Source: Heterodontus francisci
Lineage: Eukaryota
DNA: 64,000 nucleotides
Assembly: GCF_036365525.1 (NCBI RefSeq)
Contig: NC_090411.1
Location: 35,811,453-35,875,452, forward strand
Reading direction: 5' to 3'
The notes beneath the pieces were generated by a model. It saw only the letters and a program-made list of their open reading frames with translations. It searched no databases and had not been told where the DNA came from. Positions 1 to 10,883 of this stretch are shown one piece after another (the first letter of the stretch is position 1; every line of letters begins with the position of its first letter). The position numbers and the translations under genes were made by a program.

Positions 1-73
1 AATCCCCCACTGCATCAGGGAACCCATCACTGAGGCATGCAGACAGATATATTAAATAAAACTCTCAGCAAAC

Positions 74-145
74 CTTCTTAGTCATTGTTGCCGAAAACAG
101 ATAGGTCTTCCGGTCTCTGGGAATCACTTTGAGAATTTTATCAAC
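74..145 (-). CDS. DDX47: DDX47 coding exon 6 (VDKILKVIPRDRKTYLFSATMTKK); gene continues beyond window start
   Basis: 72-nt exon with ttccag acceptor and gtttgc donor; contains DEAD-box motif III (SAT); in frame with exon 5. Confidence 0.95.
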
Positions 146-589
146 CTGGAACAGAGTGATCAGAAACATCAGAACATCACAACTAACAGAGGCCGGCAGT
201 GGTACTGAGCACCAGAATATTTTTTTTTTTTAAAGCTCCCATTAAAAATACATTTGCTTGTTATTATATGCGCTGAAACGGAATGCCAGTGGAAGTGAAG
301 GAGGCTAAAACCCAGGAGACTGCACGGTGCTGAATAACCAGAGTATTTCCTGTGACTGGCGGCTGCTCCCTGAGTAACAGCACCATCTGTTGACCATTAT
401 ACAGATGGCAGTTTAACCTACTCACTGCACAAGGTTTCTCTATCTCTGTCACTGAGCACACAAACCTCCGAGCAGAGCAGCCCAGTAGCTCACTGCTGCA
501 AACTGGTTCTGCATCTGCTGACTTCTTAACACATTGTTTGTTATTTCTGTTTCCCTTTGAACTGGTGACACTTACACAGAAAAGAAAAA

Positions 590-780
590 CTTGCATTTCT
601 ATAGCATCTTTCACCACCTCAGGATGTCCCGAGGTGCTTCACAGCCAATGATGCGCTTTTGAAGTGTAGGAAACACAGCAGCCAAGTGGTGCACAGCAAG
701 ATCCCACAAACAGCAATGCGAGATAATGACCAGATCATCTGCTTTAGTGATGTCAGTTGCAGGATAAATATCAAGCCACG
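590..780 (-). mobile_element. DeuSINE/SacSINE1-like SINE 3' portion (further fragments near 6255-6310, 27455-27630, 36810-37025, 51665-51860, 52555-52690)
   Basis: Recurrent motif GCTGTTTGTGGGATCTTGCTGTG..AAATTGGCTG...CATTGGCTGTAAAGCGCTTTGGG...TATAGAAATGCAAG at multiple sites; family assignment from memory of AmnSINE1/SacSINE1. Confidence 0.7.
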
Positions 781-1045
781 CCACTTTTTGTGGGGGGGGG
801 GGGGGGGGGAAGAAAGGGTTTGATTTTTCATGATGGGGGCAGGGAGTCCCCAGAGAATGTCAATATCATTAGGGGTTCTCAGGGAGTCTGCTACTATGCG
901 GGGAAGAGCGTCAGTATTTGCTCTGTGTCACCAGAGATTAGCAAGTTTGTTCTGTTGTGGACACCTGCTGCTCACCTCAGATGATGTAAAATCTCTCAAC
1001 GAACAAACAAAACATTAGAAAACCTGAATGCCACAATTCACAAAC

Positions 1046-1164
1046 CTCAGTTTCAAAATCCATGTTAAGGATCCTGTCGGCCTCGTCCATCACCAGGTAC
1101 TTGAGTGCTCGCAGGTTAAACCCCTTTGTGTTCTGAAGGTGATCAATCAGGCGGCCTGGGGTCG
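1046..1164 (-). CDS. DDX47: DDX47 coding exon 5 ([40 protein letters not shown])
   Basis: 119-nt exon with AG/GT ends; motif Ib (TPGRL) and DEAD motif; near-identical to vertebrate DDX47 as recalled. Confidence 0.96.
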
Positions 1165-1908
1165 CTGGCAGAGAGAAAACAATTACAGCAACAGCCTGAC
1201 GAGCATCCTTCGAGATATCAACAAACCGCATAACCAGGCTAACATCCCCTGTGGCTGCCCTGGGAAGTCACCTGTGACTCAGTGCATATCAGCACCATAC
1301 ACATCAGAAAGCACAGGTTTGATACCCGTTCTGCACTGTTAGGTGGGACAGTCGGGGTCACGACAGCAGGCCACAGCATTCCTGAGTCTTCGGGATCCAG
1401 CGACTCCGGACGGAAAGTTTATTTCCAACTCCCCTGCTCTCACCCCACAATCTAATAACGTGCTGACATGGTCAGGGTTCACACAGGGTGGCCACTTTCA
1501 AAAAGGACATGGCTGTGTAGAAGTGCATCCCGGCCTCAGGGAGAGCTAGTGCAAAGTAACCACTATAATACCCTAGAGCGTAATTCAAGCATCACAAGGT
1601 AAGGTACCAGTGCAGAATTTAACTGGGGGGGGGGGGGGAGGGAGGTAGGAGGAGGGAGAAGCTGTGAGGGTTTCTATACCTGATCACTATCTGGAAGCTC
1701 CTACTAGAAAGCTTGCAGGAAGTGGACATTGGAGACAAACAGGATGAGCCTCAGGTGTGAAGCACTCCATAGCCAAATATCCTGCAGATGCTGACCACAC
1801 ATTTACACACAAGAGGAAGGAGCAGACCCTGCAGGGCACCAGGTATCTGGTGCTTGTAACTGAGCAACAATTACTGTGTGCACAAGGGGGGGAAATGTAA
1901 ACACTCAC

Positions 1909-1980
1909 CGATGACCACGTGAGGTTTCTTTGCCAGAGCAAGACTCTGTGACATCATATCAATTCCACCCACAATCACCG
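1909..1980 (-). CDS. DDX47: DDX47 coding exon 4 ([24 protein letters not shown])
   Basis: 72-nt exon, ttccag acceptor, gtgagt donor; GG doublet; phases match neighbouring exons. Confidence 0.95.
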
Positions 1981-2074
1981 CTGGAATCAAAAGGCACATC
2001 AATCAGATTAGGACTGGGACCAGTGCTCCGCCCCGGCCAGACCCCACGCCCCGCCACCCGGCCAGCACTCCCCA

Positions 2075-5070
2075 CGCCGAGCCCCCCCAACTCTACCCCC
2101 CCCCCCACCGCCTCCCTTCGCCCCGACTCCCCCCCCCTCACCCCACCGCCTCCCCTCGCCCCGACTCCCCCCCCTCACCCCACCGCCTCCCCTCGCCCCG
2201 ACTCCCCCCCCTCACCCCACCGCCTCCCCTCGCCCCGACTCTCTCCCCCCCCAATCGCCTCCCCTCGCCCCGACTCTCTTCCCCCCCCCAATCGCCTCCC
2301 CTCGCCCCGACTCTCTCCCCCCCCAATCACCTCCCCTCGCCCCGACTCTCTCCCCCCCCAATCACCTCCCCTCGCCCCGACTCCCCCCTCACCCCACCGC
2401 CTCCCCTCGCCCCGACTCCCCCCTCGCCCCGACTCCCCCCCCTCACCCCACCGCCTCCCCTCGCCCCGACCCCCCCCTCACCCCACCGCCTCCCCTCGCC
2501 CCGACTCCCCCCCTAACCCCACCGCCTCCCCTCGCCCCGACTCCCCCCCCTCACCCCACCGCCTCCCCTCGCCCCGACTCCCCCCCTCACCCCACCGACT
2601 CCCCTCGCCCCGACTCCCCACCCCACCGCCTCCCCTCGCCCTGACTCCCCACCCCACCGCCTCCCCTCGCCCCGACTCTCTCCCCCCACCCCACCGCCTC
2701 CCCTCGCCCCGACTCTCCCCCCCCAATCACCTCCCCTCGCCCCGACTCTCTCCCCCCCCCAATCACCTCCCCTCGCCCCGACTCTCTCCCCCCCCAATCA
2801 CCTCCCCTCGCCCCGACTCTCTCCCCCCCCAATCACCTCCCCTCGCCCCGACTCCCCCCTCGCCCCGACTCCCCCCCCTCACCCCACCACCTCCCCTCGC
2901 CCCGACTCCCCCCCCTCACCCCACCGCCTCCCCTCGCCCCGACTCCCCCCCCTCACCCCACCGCCTCCCCTCGCCCCGACTCCCCCCCCTCCCCTCGCCC
3001 CGACTCCCCCCCCTCACCCCACCGCCTCCCCTCGCCCCGACCCCCCCTCACCCCACCGCCTCCCCTCGCCCCGACTCTCTCCCCCCACCCCACCGCCTCC
3101 CCTCGCCCCGACTCTCCCCCCCCCAATCACCTCCCCTCGCCCCGACTCTCTCCCCCCCCCAATCACCTCCCCTCGCCCCGACTCTCTCCCCCCCCCAATC
3201 ACCTCCCCTCGCCCCGACTCTCTCCCCCCCCAATCACCTCCCCTCGCCCCGACTCCCCCCTCACCCCACCGCCTCCCCTCGCCCCGACTCCCCCCTCGCC
3301 CCGACTCCCCCCCCTCACCCCACCGCCTCCCCTCGCCCCGACCCCCCCCTCACCCCACCGCCTCCCCTCGCCCCGACTCCCCCCCTAACCCCACCGCCTC
3401 CCCTCGCCCCGACTCCCCCCCCTCACCCCACCGCCTCCCCTCGCCCCGACTCCCCCCCTCACCCCACCGACTCCCCTCGCCCCGACTCCCCACCCCACCG
3501 CCTCCCCTCGCCCTGACTCCCCACCCCACCGCCTCCCCTCGCCCCGACTCTCTCCCCCCACCCCACCGCCTCCCCTCGCCCCGACTCTCCCCCCCCAATC
3601 ACCTCCCCTCGCCCCGACTCTCTCCCCCCCCCAATCACCTCCCCTCGCCCCGACTCTCTCCCCCCCCAATCACCTCCCCTCGCCCCGACTCTCTCCCCCC
3701 CCAATCACCTCCCCTCGCCCCGACTCCCCCCTCGCCCCGACTCCCCCCCCTCACCCCACCACCTCCCCTCGCCCCGACTCCCCCCCCTCACCCCACCGCC
3801 TCCCCTCGCCCCGACTCCCCCCCCTCACCCCACCGCCTCCCCTCGCCCCGACTCCCCCCCCTCCCCTCGCCCCGACTCCCCCCCCTCACCCCACCGCCTC
3901 CCCTCGCCCCGACCCCCCCTCACCCCACCGCCTCCCCTCGCCCCGACTCTCTCCCCCCACCCCACCGCCTCCCCTCGCCCCGACTCTCCCCCCCCAATCA
4001 CCTCCCCTCGCCCCGACTCTCTCCCCCCCCCAATCACCTCCCCTCGCCCCGACTCTCTCCCCCCCCCAATCACCTCCCCTCGCCCCGACTCTCTCCCCCC
4101 CCCAATCACCTCCCCTCGCCCCGACTCTCTCCCCCCCCCAATCACCTCCCCTCGCCCCGACTCTCTCCCCCCCCCAATCACCTCCCCTCGCCCCGACTCT
4201 CTCCCCCCCCCAATCACCTCCCCTCGCCCCGACTCTCTCCCCCCCCCAATCACCTCCCCTCGCCCCGACTCTCTCCCCCCCCCAATCACCTCCCCTCGCC
4301 CCGACTCTCTCCCCCCCCCCAATCACCTCCCCTCGCCCCGACTCTCTCCCCCCCCCAATCACCTCCCCTCGCCCCGACTCTCTCCCCCCCCCAATCACCT
4401 CCCCTCGCCCCGACTCTCTCCCCCCCCCAATCACCTCCCCTCGCCCCGACTCTCTCCCCCCCCCAATCACCTCCCCTCGCCCCGACTCTCTCCCCCCCCC
4501 AATCACCTCCCCTCGCCCCGACTCTCTCCCCCCCCCAATCACCTCCCCTCGCCCCGACTCTCTCCCCCCCCCAATCACCTCCCCTCGCCCCGACTCTCTC
4601 CCCCCCCAATCACCTCCCCTCGCCCCGACTCTCTCCCCCCCCCAATCACCTCCCCTCGCCCCGACTCTTCTCCCCCCACCCCACCGCCTCCCCGTGCTCC
4701 GAGCCCCCCCGACTCTTCCCCCCCCCACCTCCCCCAACCGCCTCATTGCGCCCTGACTCTCCTTCGCACCCCGACCCTCCCCCCCACTGCATCCCCGCGC
4801 CCCGACTCTTCCCCCCCCCCCCCAAATCGCCCCGACTCTCCGCCGCATCCCGACTCTTCCCCCCCCTCCCCCATCGCCTCCATGCCCCCCGACTCTCCTC
4901 CGCACCCTGACTGTTCCCCTCCCACCCCCCATGCCCCGACTCTCGCCGCGCCCCGACTCTCTTCCCTGCCCCCCCCCAATCGCCTCCCTGCGCCCCGACT
5001 CCTCCCCCGCCTTCCCCTGCCCTGACTCCTCCCCCGCCTTCCCCTGCCCCGACTCCTCCCCCCGAATCCC
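2075..5070. repeat. C-rich minisatellite (~35-nt unit CCCCCCCAATCACCTCCCCTCGCCCCGACTCTCT and variants) in DDX47 intron 3
   Basis: Direct tandem repetition; G-rich on the transcribed strand. Confidence 0.97.
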
Positions 5071-5107
5071 CCCTCATTCCAATTGCATCAAGTCAGCATT
5101 TATTCAC

Positions 5108-5296
5108 CAGACTTCACTCCAATGGAAGAACCCAGAGCTTCAAACTGTTCGGAGATTTGAAACGCCAGCTCGCGGGTTGGCGTCAGGACAAGTGCAAACA
5201 GGCGCTGGGGTTTCTCCAGGAGGGCCTGCAGGATCGGGAGAGCAAAGGCGCCAGTCTTCCCGGAGCCAGTCTCAGCCAGGCCAATGATGTCCCGTC
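5108..5296 (-). CDS. DDX47: DDX47 coding exon 3 ([23 protein letters not shown]...[24 protein letters not shown])
   Basis: 189-nt exon; Walker A (AETGSGKT) and motif Ia (PTRELA); ctttcag acceptor, gtgaat donor. Confidence 0.96.
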
Positions 5297-5599
5297 CTGA
5301 AAGAGTGAGGATGACAAAGTAAAACAAGGCTTGTCACACACACAGTCACCAGTTCTATCCTGAATTAATGCGGTTAGCTCTCAACAGCTAGTGGTAAAAC
5401 AAGGATAAGATTTCTGTAATCCTGGAGACTGATGGTCAGGAAATATGGCGAGTTTTGATCTGCACGAGGAGTGAACTTTCAGAGTAAGTGGAGCTTGTGA
5501 TAAAAATAGCTCATCACTTGCTGGGGTAACAAATACTGCTACAACTTTCTATCAACGGGAGTAGCTTACAATTAATTGTATATACTTGGCTTGCATTCC

Positions 5600-6160
5600 C
5601 TCGAATAGGTAGAAACTATTGCATCTGGTGGGGGCAGTCCAGAACAAAGAGCAATAACCTAAAAATTAGAGCCTGACCATTCAGGGGTGATGTCAGAAAG
5701 CACTTCTTCAAACACAGGGGAGTGGAAATCTGGAACTTTCTCCCCCCTCCAAAAGGCTGTTGAGGGTTTTGTGGTTGGTGGGGGGTGGGGGGGTGGCGTC
5801 AATTGAAAATTTCAAAAGTGAGATTGATAGATTCCTGTGCAGAGAGAAAGATTTAAAATTTCAGGTCAATGACCTTTCATCGGGACAGTCAGTCATTGAA
5901 AGGGCAATGCCCTGAAACGTTAACTGTTTCTCTCCCCACATATGTTTCCTGACCTGCTGAGTATTTCCTGTATTTTGTGTGTTTATTTCAGAGTTCCATC
6001 ATTCAAAGTATTTTGCTTTGGTATTAGAAGATTTCTGTTAGGTAGGGGTGTTAAGGGCTACAGAACCAAGGTGGGTAGTTGGAGTTAAGATACAGACCAG
6101 CCATGATGTAATTTGATGGAGGGACAGGCTCGAGGGCAGAATAACCTCCTCCTGTTCCAG
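5600..6160 (+). mobile_element. CR1-like LINE 3' fragment with nested Penelope-type terminus (~5835-6020)
   Basis: Same 3' tail (…GAAATCTGGAAC…GATAGATT…CAGCCATGAT…CCTCCTGTTCC) as other CR1 copies in the window. Confidence 0.7.
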
Positions 6161-6329
6161 TCAGCCTAATTTCAATCTAAACCAGTTTAAAAAAAAACAA
6201 TTTTAACAGAACCTTTCATATGCTTGAAGCACCTCAAAGTACTTCAAATCATGACTGGCACTCCCAGTGCAGTACTGAGGGAGTGCTGCACTGTCGGAGG
6301 TGCCGTCTTTTAGTTGAAGTTACAACTCA

Positions 6330-7130
6330 GGACTTCTTGCATGCCAAACAGCAGAAGCAGCAAGCAATAAAAAGAGCTGAACGATCTGACAACCAATGGA
6401 TCAGATCTAAGCTCTGCAGTCCTGCCACATCCAGTTGTGAATGGTGGTGGACAATTAAACAACTAACCAGAAGAGGAGGCTCCACAAATATCCCCATCCT
6501 CAATGACGGCAGAGCCCAGCACATCAGTGCAAAAGAAAAGCTGAAGCATTTACAACCATTTTCAGTCAGAAGTGCCAAGTTGATGATCCATCTCGGCCTC
6601 CTCCTGAGGTCCCCAGCATCACAGATGCCAGACTTTAGCCAATTCGATTCACTCCACATGATGTCAAGAAACAGCTGAAGGCACTGGATATTGCAAAGGC
6701 TATGGGCCCAGACAACATCCCAGCTGTAATACTGAAGAACTGTCGTGCTCCAATACTAGCCACACCCCCTAGCCAAGCTATTCCAGTACAGCAACAACAT
6801 TGACATTTACCCGACAATGTGGAAAGTTGCCCAGGTATGTCCTGTCCACAAAAAGCAGGACAAATCCAATCGGCCAATAACAGGCCCATCAGTCTACCCT
6901 CGATCAGCAAAGTGATGGATGGTGTCTTTGACGGTGCTATCAAGCGCCACTAAAACAGCAACAACCTGCTCACTGACGCTCAGTTTGCGTTCTGCCAGGG
7001 CCAATCAACTCCGGACCTCCTTACAGCCTTGGAACAAACATGGATAAAAGAGGTGAACTCTAGAGGGTGGAAGTGACATCAAGGCAACATTTGACCGAAT
7101 ATGGCATCAAGATGTGCTAGTCGAACTGAT
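6330..7130 (+). mobile_element. Degraded LINE ORF2 fragment (CR1/L2/jockey group)
   Basis: Remnants KAMGPDNIP…, WKVAQVCPVHKKQDKSN, RPISL; homologous to 35430-36230. Confidence 0.85.
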
Positions 7131-7267
7131 GTCAGAAGCACAAGATCTTTAATGTCCATCCAAACAAGGAAATGGGATGTTGACCAGGACTAGCAAGCAG
7201 GTATGATGGAGACACAAATGGGCAATGCATTATCCAACCAGACAGAACTCACTGTTAAATCTCTCAC

Positions 7268-7361
7268 CTTGTAAAGCGACTGGCAAAGCTTCAGTTTGGA
7301 TTCTCGTTGGTGATTTCCATCCCAGCTGTTCGCAGGCCTCACAGAGAACCTCAGTTACTCC
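7268..7361 (-). CDS. DDX47: DDX47 coding exon 2 (GVTEVLCEACEQLGWKSPTRIQTEALPVALQ)
   Basis: 94-nt exon; Q-motif (GW..PT.IQ); tcccag acceptor, gtgaga donor. Confidence 0.95.
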
Positions 7362-7452
7362 CTGGGAAACAAAAAGGGACCGAGATAACACGGGATAGAA
7401 TTATATCGCACTCCTACATCCCAGCGAGAGGGAGGCAGCAACATCAGAGACT

Positions 7453-8488
7453 GGGGGCGGGGGGGGGGGGGGGGGGTGCCGAGCAGAGGGGGGGGGGTGC
7501 CGAGCAGAAGGGGTTGGGGGTTGAAGGGGTTGGGGGTTAAAGGGGGGGGTGATGGGAAGGGGTGGAGGTTGCCGAGGGGAAGCGGTGAGGGGGTGCCAGA
7601 GGGGAAGGGGTGGGGGCCGAGGAGAGGGGGTTTGGGGGGGGGGGGGGTGCCGAGGAGAGGGGGTTGGGGCCGAGGAGAGGGGGTTGGTGGGGGGGGGGGG
7701 GGTGCTGGCCGAGGAGAGGGGGTTGGTGCGGGGGGGGGCCGAGGAGAGGGGGTTGGTGCGGGGGGGGGTGCTGGCCGAGGAGAGGGGGTTGGGGGGGGTC
7801 CGAGGAGAGGGGGTTTGGGGGGGGTCCGAGGAGAGGGGGTTGGGGGGGGGGGGGGGGTCGAGGAGAGGGGGTTGGTGGGGGGGGGGTCGAGGAGAGGGGG
7901 TTGGTGGGGGGGGGGGGCCGAGGAGAGGGGGTTGGTGGGGGGGGGGGGCCGAGGAGAGGGGGTTGGTGGGGGGGGGGGGCCGAGGAGAGGGGGTTGGTGG
8001 GGGGGGGGGGGGCCGAGGAGAGGGGGTTGGTGGGGGGGGGGGGGCCGAGGAGAGGGGGTTGGGGGGGGGGGGGGGGGCCGAGGAGAGGGGGTTGGGGGGG
8101 GGGCCGAGGAGAGGGGTTTGGTGGGGGGGGGGGGGGGGCCGAGGAGAGGGGGTTGGTGGGGGCCGAGGAGAGGGGGTTGGTGGGGGGTCGAGGAGAGGGG
8201 GTTGGGGGGGGGTCGAGGAGAGGAGGTTGGTGGGGGGGGGGGGTCGAGGAGAGGGGGTTGGGGGGGGGTCGAGGAGAGGGGGTTGGTGCGGGGGGGGGTG
8301 CTGGCCGAGGAGAGGGGGTTGGTGGGGGGGGGGGGGGTCGAGGAGAGGGGGTTTGGGGGGGGGGGGGTCGAGGAGAGGGGGTTTGGGGGGGGGGCCGAGG
8401 AGAGGGGGTTGGTGCGGGGGGGGGGGGGGGGGGTCGAGGAGAGGGGGTTTGGGGGGGGGCCGAGGAGAGGGGGTTGGTGGGGGGGGCC
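7453..8488. repeat. G-rich minisatellite (~30-nt unit GGGGGGGCCGAGGAGAGGGGGTTGGTG) in DDX47 intron 1
   Basis: Direct tandem repetition with variable G-run length. Confidence 0.97.
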
Positions 8489-8690
8489 AAAGGAGTCCCG
8501 GGGGGATTTGTTGAGACACCGGGTCTGGGCCCCAGGCCTAACCCCCTCCCCCGGTGCTGCCGCTCTGAGGTGGTTCTGGGTCCGGCCTCGCCCTGGGAAC
8601 CATTGCTTCCCTGGTGAGTCGAAGCCGGTTCCAGGCCCGGGGCCTGCACATGCGGCCAAACTGCCGAAACCTCCCCCATTCCCCGGTTAC

Positions 8691-8741
8691 CAGCTCCCGG
8701 AAACTCCCCGGATCCGCGGCCTCGCTTCCCGGTGCCGCCAT
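8691..8741 (-). CDS. DDX47: DDX47 coding exon 1 (MAAPGSEAADPGSFREL)
   Basis: ATG in aagATGGCGGC context within a CpG-rich segment; 51 nt to a gtaacc donor; F-x-x-L start of the Q-motif joins exon 2 in phase 0. Confidence 0.9.
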
Positions 8742-8800
8742 CTTCCTTCCAACTGTGGAGTGCGCGTGCGCAGCACAAAGGCCGCCGGGAGATGTAGTCT
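8730..8800 (-). promoter_or_regulatory. Housekeeping-type DDX47 promoter: YY1 (GCCGCCATCTT), NRF1 (TGCGCGTGCGCA, 8761-8772), ZNF143/THAP11-type ACTACA-nn-TCCC (8784-8799, minus)
   Basis: Three canonical housekeeping motifs within ~70 nt of the DDX47 ATG in a CpG-rich patch. Confidence 0.7.
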
Positions 8801-9235
8801 TCAGACTGTGACCAGCAGAGAGGCTTCAGGGGCAATGAACACAGTGGGGAATTACACAGGGGGCAACTGGGAAAGAGTGGTATAAATACTAGAAGCTCGG
8901 ATTGCTGAGGTTCACGGGAACGAATATTGTTGGCTATCAGAGCAAGGTGGGGATAATACTCCAGTTAACTGGGACAGAGATATCTTGCCAGCTCTATAGC
9001 TTCCTACTACTCGGGCATGTCAGTCCTTGAATAAATCTGTATATAGTTTAAAACTTATATTGTCTCACTGTATTGTCTTCTGTATCACTAACTCGTGAAC
9101 CACATCTCCGAACACTCTTTTGTCAAGAGGTGCAATTACTGAGACGAGACTCCCGGGACATTATAATCTGGCTAAAAAGCGAGCTGGAGGGCAGTAATAT
9201 TCTTGGTTTGTTCCTTTCCTTTGGGGAGAGATAAA

Positions 9236-9261
9236 CAAGTGTAGTATCTGTTCTTATCAGT
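9236..9261 (+). ncRNA. U2 snRNA fragment (nt 28-53, includes branch-point recognition GUAGUA); not a full gene
   Basis: CAAGTGTAGTATCTGTTCTTATCAGT matches vertebrate U2 as recalled at 26/26. Confidence 0.9.
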
Positions 9262-9262
9262 G

Positions 9263-9291
9263 CTTACTTGGTTGAGAAGAGACCATGATCA
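9263..9291 (+). ncRNA. Degenerate U1 snRNA 5' fragment (nt 4-32); not a full gene
   Basis: CTTACTTGGTTGAGAAGAGACCATGATCA vs U1 CTTACCTGGCAGGGGAGATACCATGATCA: 23/29 ungapped by manual alignment. Confidence 0.7.
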
Positions 9292-9324
9292 TTGTCTTTT
9301 GATCCTGGGGAAGCTTTGAGTAAA

Positions 9325-10870
9325 ATGGCTATAACCAATCTTCGAGCTTCAGGCCAGGCAGTGTGCAACACCGTTCGGGTGGTCGTGAAGGACAAGGAAA
9401 AGATGCACCGGTCGATCGCACCTTCTTCATCAAAAAAATTATTTTCGATAGCTGCGGATTTCAAGCGACGGACGTCTTCTGCCTGCAGGATTTCCCCAGC
9501 AGTGGATACTTCGACGTGACGTTCCGGAACGTGGCGGGATGCATCAAGTTCCTGAAGGCGTTCAAGGAGAAAGGGGACCGGGCGCCACTGTCGATCCTCA
9601 CAGCGGAGCCGCTCTTCACGCTTCCGTCACAACGGGACCGGGTGGTGACGATTCACCTCTACAACCCCCATGTTCCGGTGGTGGATGTACTCACCTTTCT
9701 CGCCAGGTACGTCAAGGTGGCCGGCAGCAGCACTGATGTCAAGGACCCCTTTGGGATTTGGACCAGCAAGTAGCAGGTCAAGGTGACCTTGAAGGTAGAT
9801 CCCAGTGGAGCCATCATCCACCCTCCCTCCAGCTTCGCTATCGGGGGAAGTCGAGGCTTCTTGGTCTACACTGGGCAGCCCAGACTTTGCCGCACCTGTG
9901 GCAAATCTGGTCACATGGCAGCCAACTGCAGCACGGTTGTTTGCAAGAACTGCAAGGAGGAAGGCCATCAGACCAAGGACTGTAAGCAGACTAAGTGTTG
10001 CAACTTGTGTGGTGCGGCAGGCCACCTCTACAAAACCTGCCCCAAACGCTGCCTCAGTTCTGCTCAGGCGGCAAGGTCCAAGGAAAGGCCAGGAGAAGGT
10101 TTGACGAAGGCGTCCGGTGTTCGAAAGGAGACCAGCAACCTTCTCCGCAGTGAGGAACTACAACCTGAGAAGGAGAAGGAAGGGGAGGCAGCTGAAACCA
10201 GCGACCCGGCACCTACCCAATGCCTGGAAACCCCTCCTCCACAGACAGAATCAATGGAGGAGGAGGCAGCAGATGGACAAACAGGTCAGTGGCAAGTGGT
10301 CTAGAGGAAAACCACAAAGAAAAAACACCCCAAAGTGGAACAGGCCACCACCCAAACCAGTGGCAAGAGGAGGCTATCTTCTGAATCAGACTGCAACAAC
10401 TCCTCTTCACTGGACGGGGGAATGCTGGAACGACAGCCCCTTCAAAAGAGGCGGCAGAACTCCAAGGAGATGGAAGATAAAGCATCCCAGCCCCCGGGCA
10501 CTGGAAGCTGTGATGGGTCTGGCATGCCCCAACCCCAAAGTGCCACACATAACGACGTGGCCAACGCATCTCAGCTCCGGGACACCGAGAGCAAAGACAC
10601 GTCTGGCGCACCTCAGCTCTGGGAAGCCGTGAGCTGTGATGTTTTCGAGGAGGAACAGATGGAAGCAGCAGAGGATAACCCAATCTTTGCTGCCTACAAG
10701 ACCCCCCCCCGATGTCACCCCAGCGGAAAAACCCCTGCATGAAAAACCAGGAGGGGTTTCTGAGCCCAACCAACGTGAAACTGCTTGCGCACACGATGGG
10801 TATGCAGGAACATCCCGAAGGGGAAGGACTGGGACTAGCGAGGACGAATGGTATGGGAAGCAACAACTAA
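9325..10870 (+). pseudogene. Tx1 ORF1 (gag-like, ZCCHC3-like RRM region plus three CCHC zinc knuckles), disrupted
   Basis: MAITNLRASGQ… start; frameshift near 9400; in-frame TAG at 9771-9773 and 10302-10304; probable frameshift at the C-run near 10705; knuckles CRTCGKSGHMAANC, CKNCKEEGHQTKDC, CNLCGAAGHLYKTC. Confidence 0.85.
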
Positions 10871-10883
10871 TTTTTAGTAAAAA

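Noticed and set aside
1930-5287. Long Pro-rich and Gly/Arg-rich ORFs (528 aa, 348 aa and others)
   Set aside because: Translations of the intronic C-rich minisatellite; no domain content.
7355-8885. 300-470 aa ORFs on both strands
   Set aside because: Translations of the G-rich minisatellite in DDX47 intron 1.
9200-9320. Functional U2 or U1 snRNA gene
   Set aside because: Only short fragments; no Sm site, downstream stem-loops or recognisable PSE.
9325-10870. Host ZCCHC3 gene next to TRIM56-like (both linked to cGAS in mammals)
   Set aside because: Disrupted and directly followed by ORF2, so it is the transposon's ORF1; the adjacency is probably coincidental.
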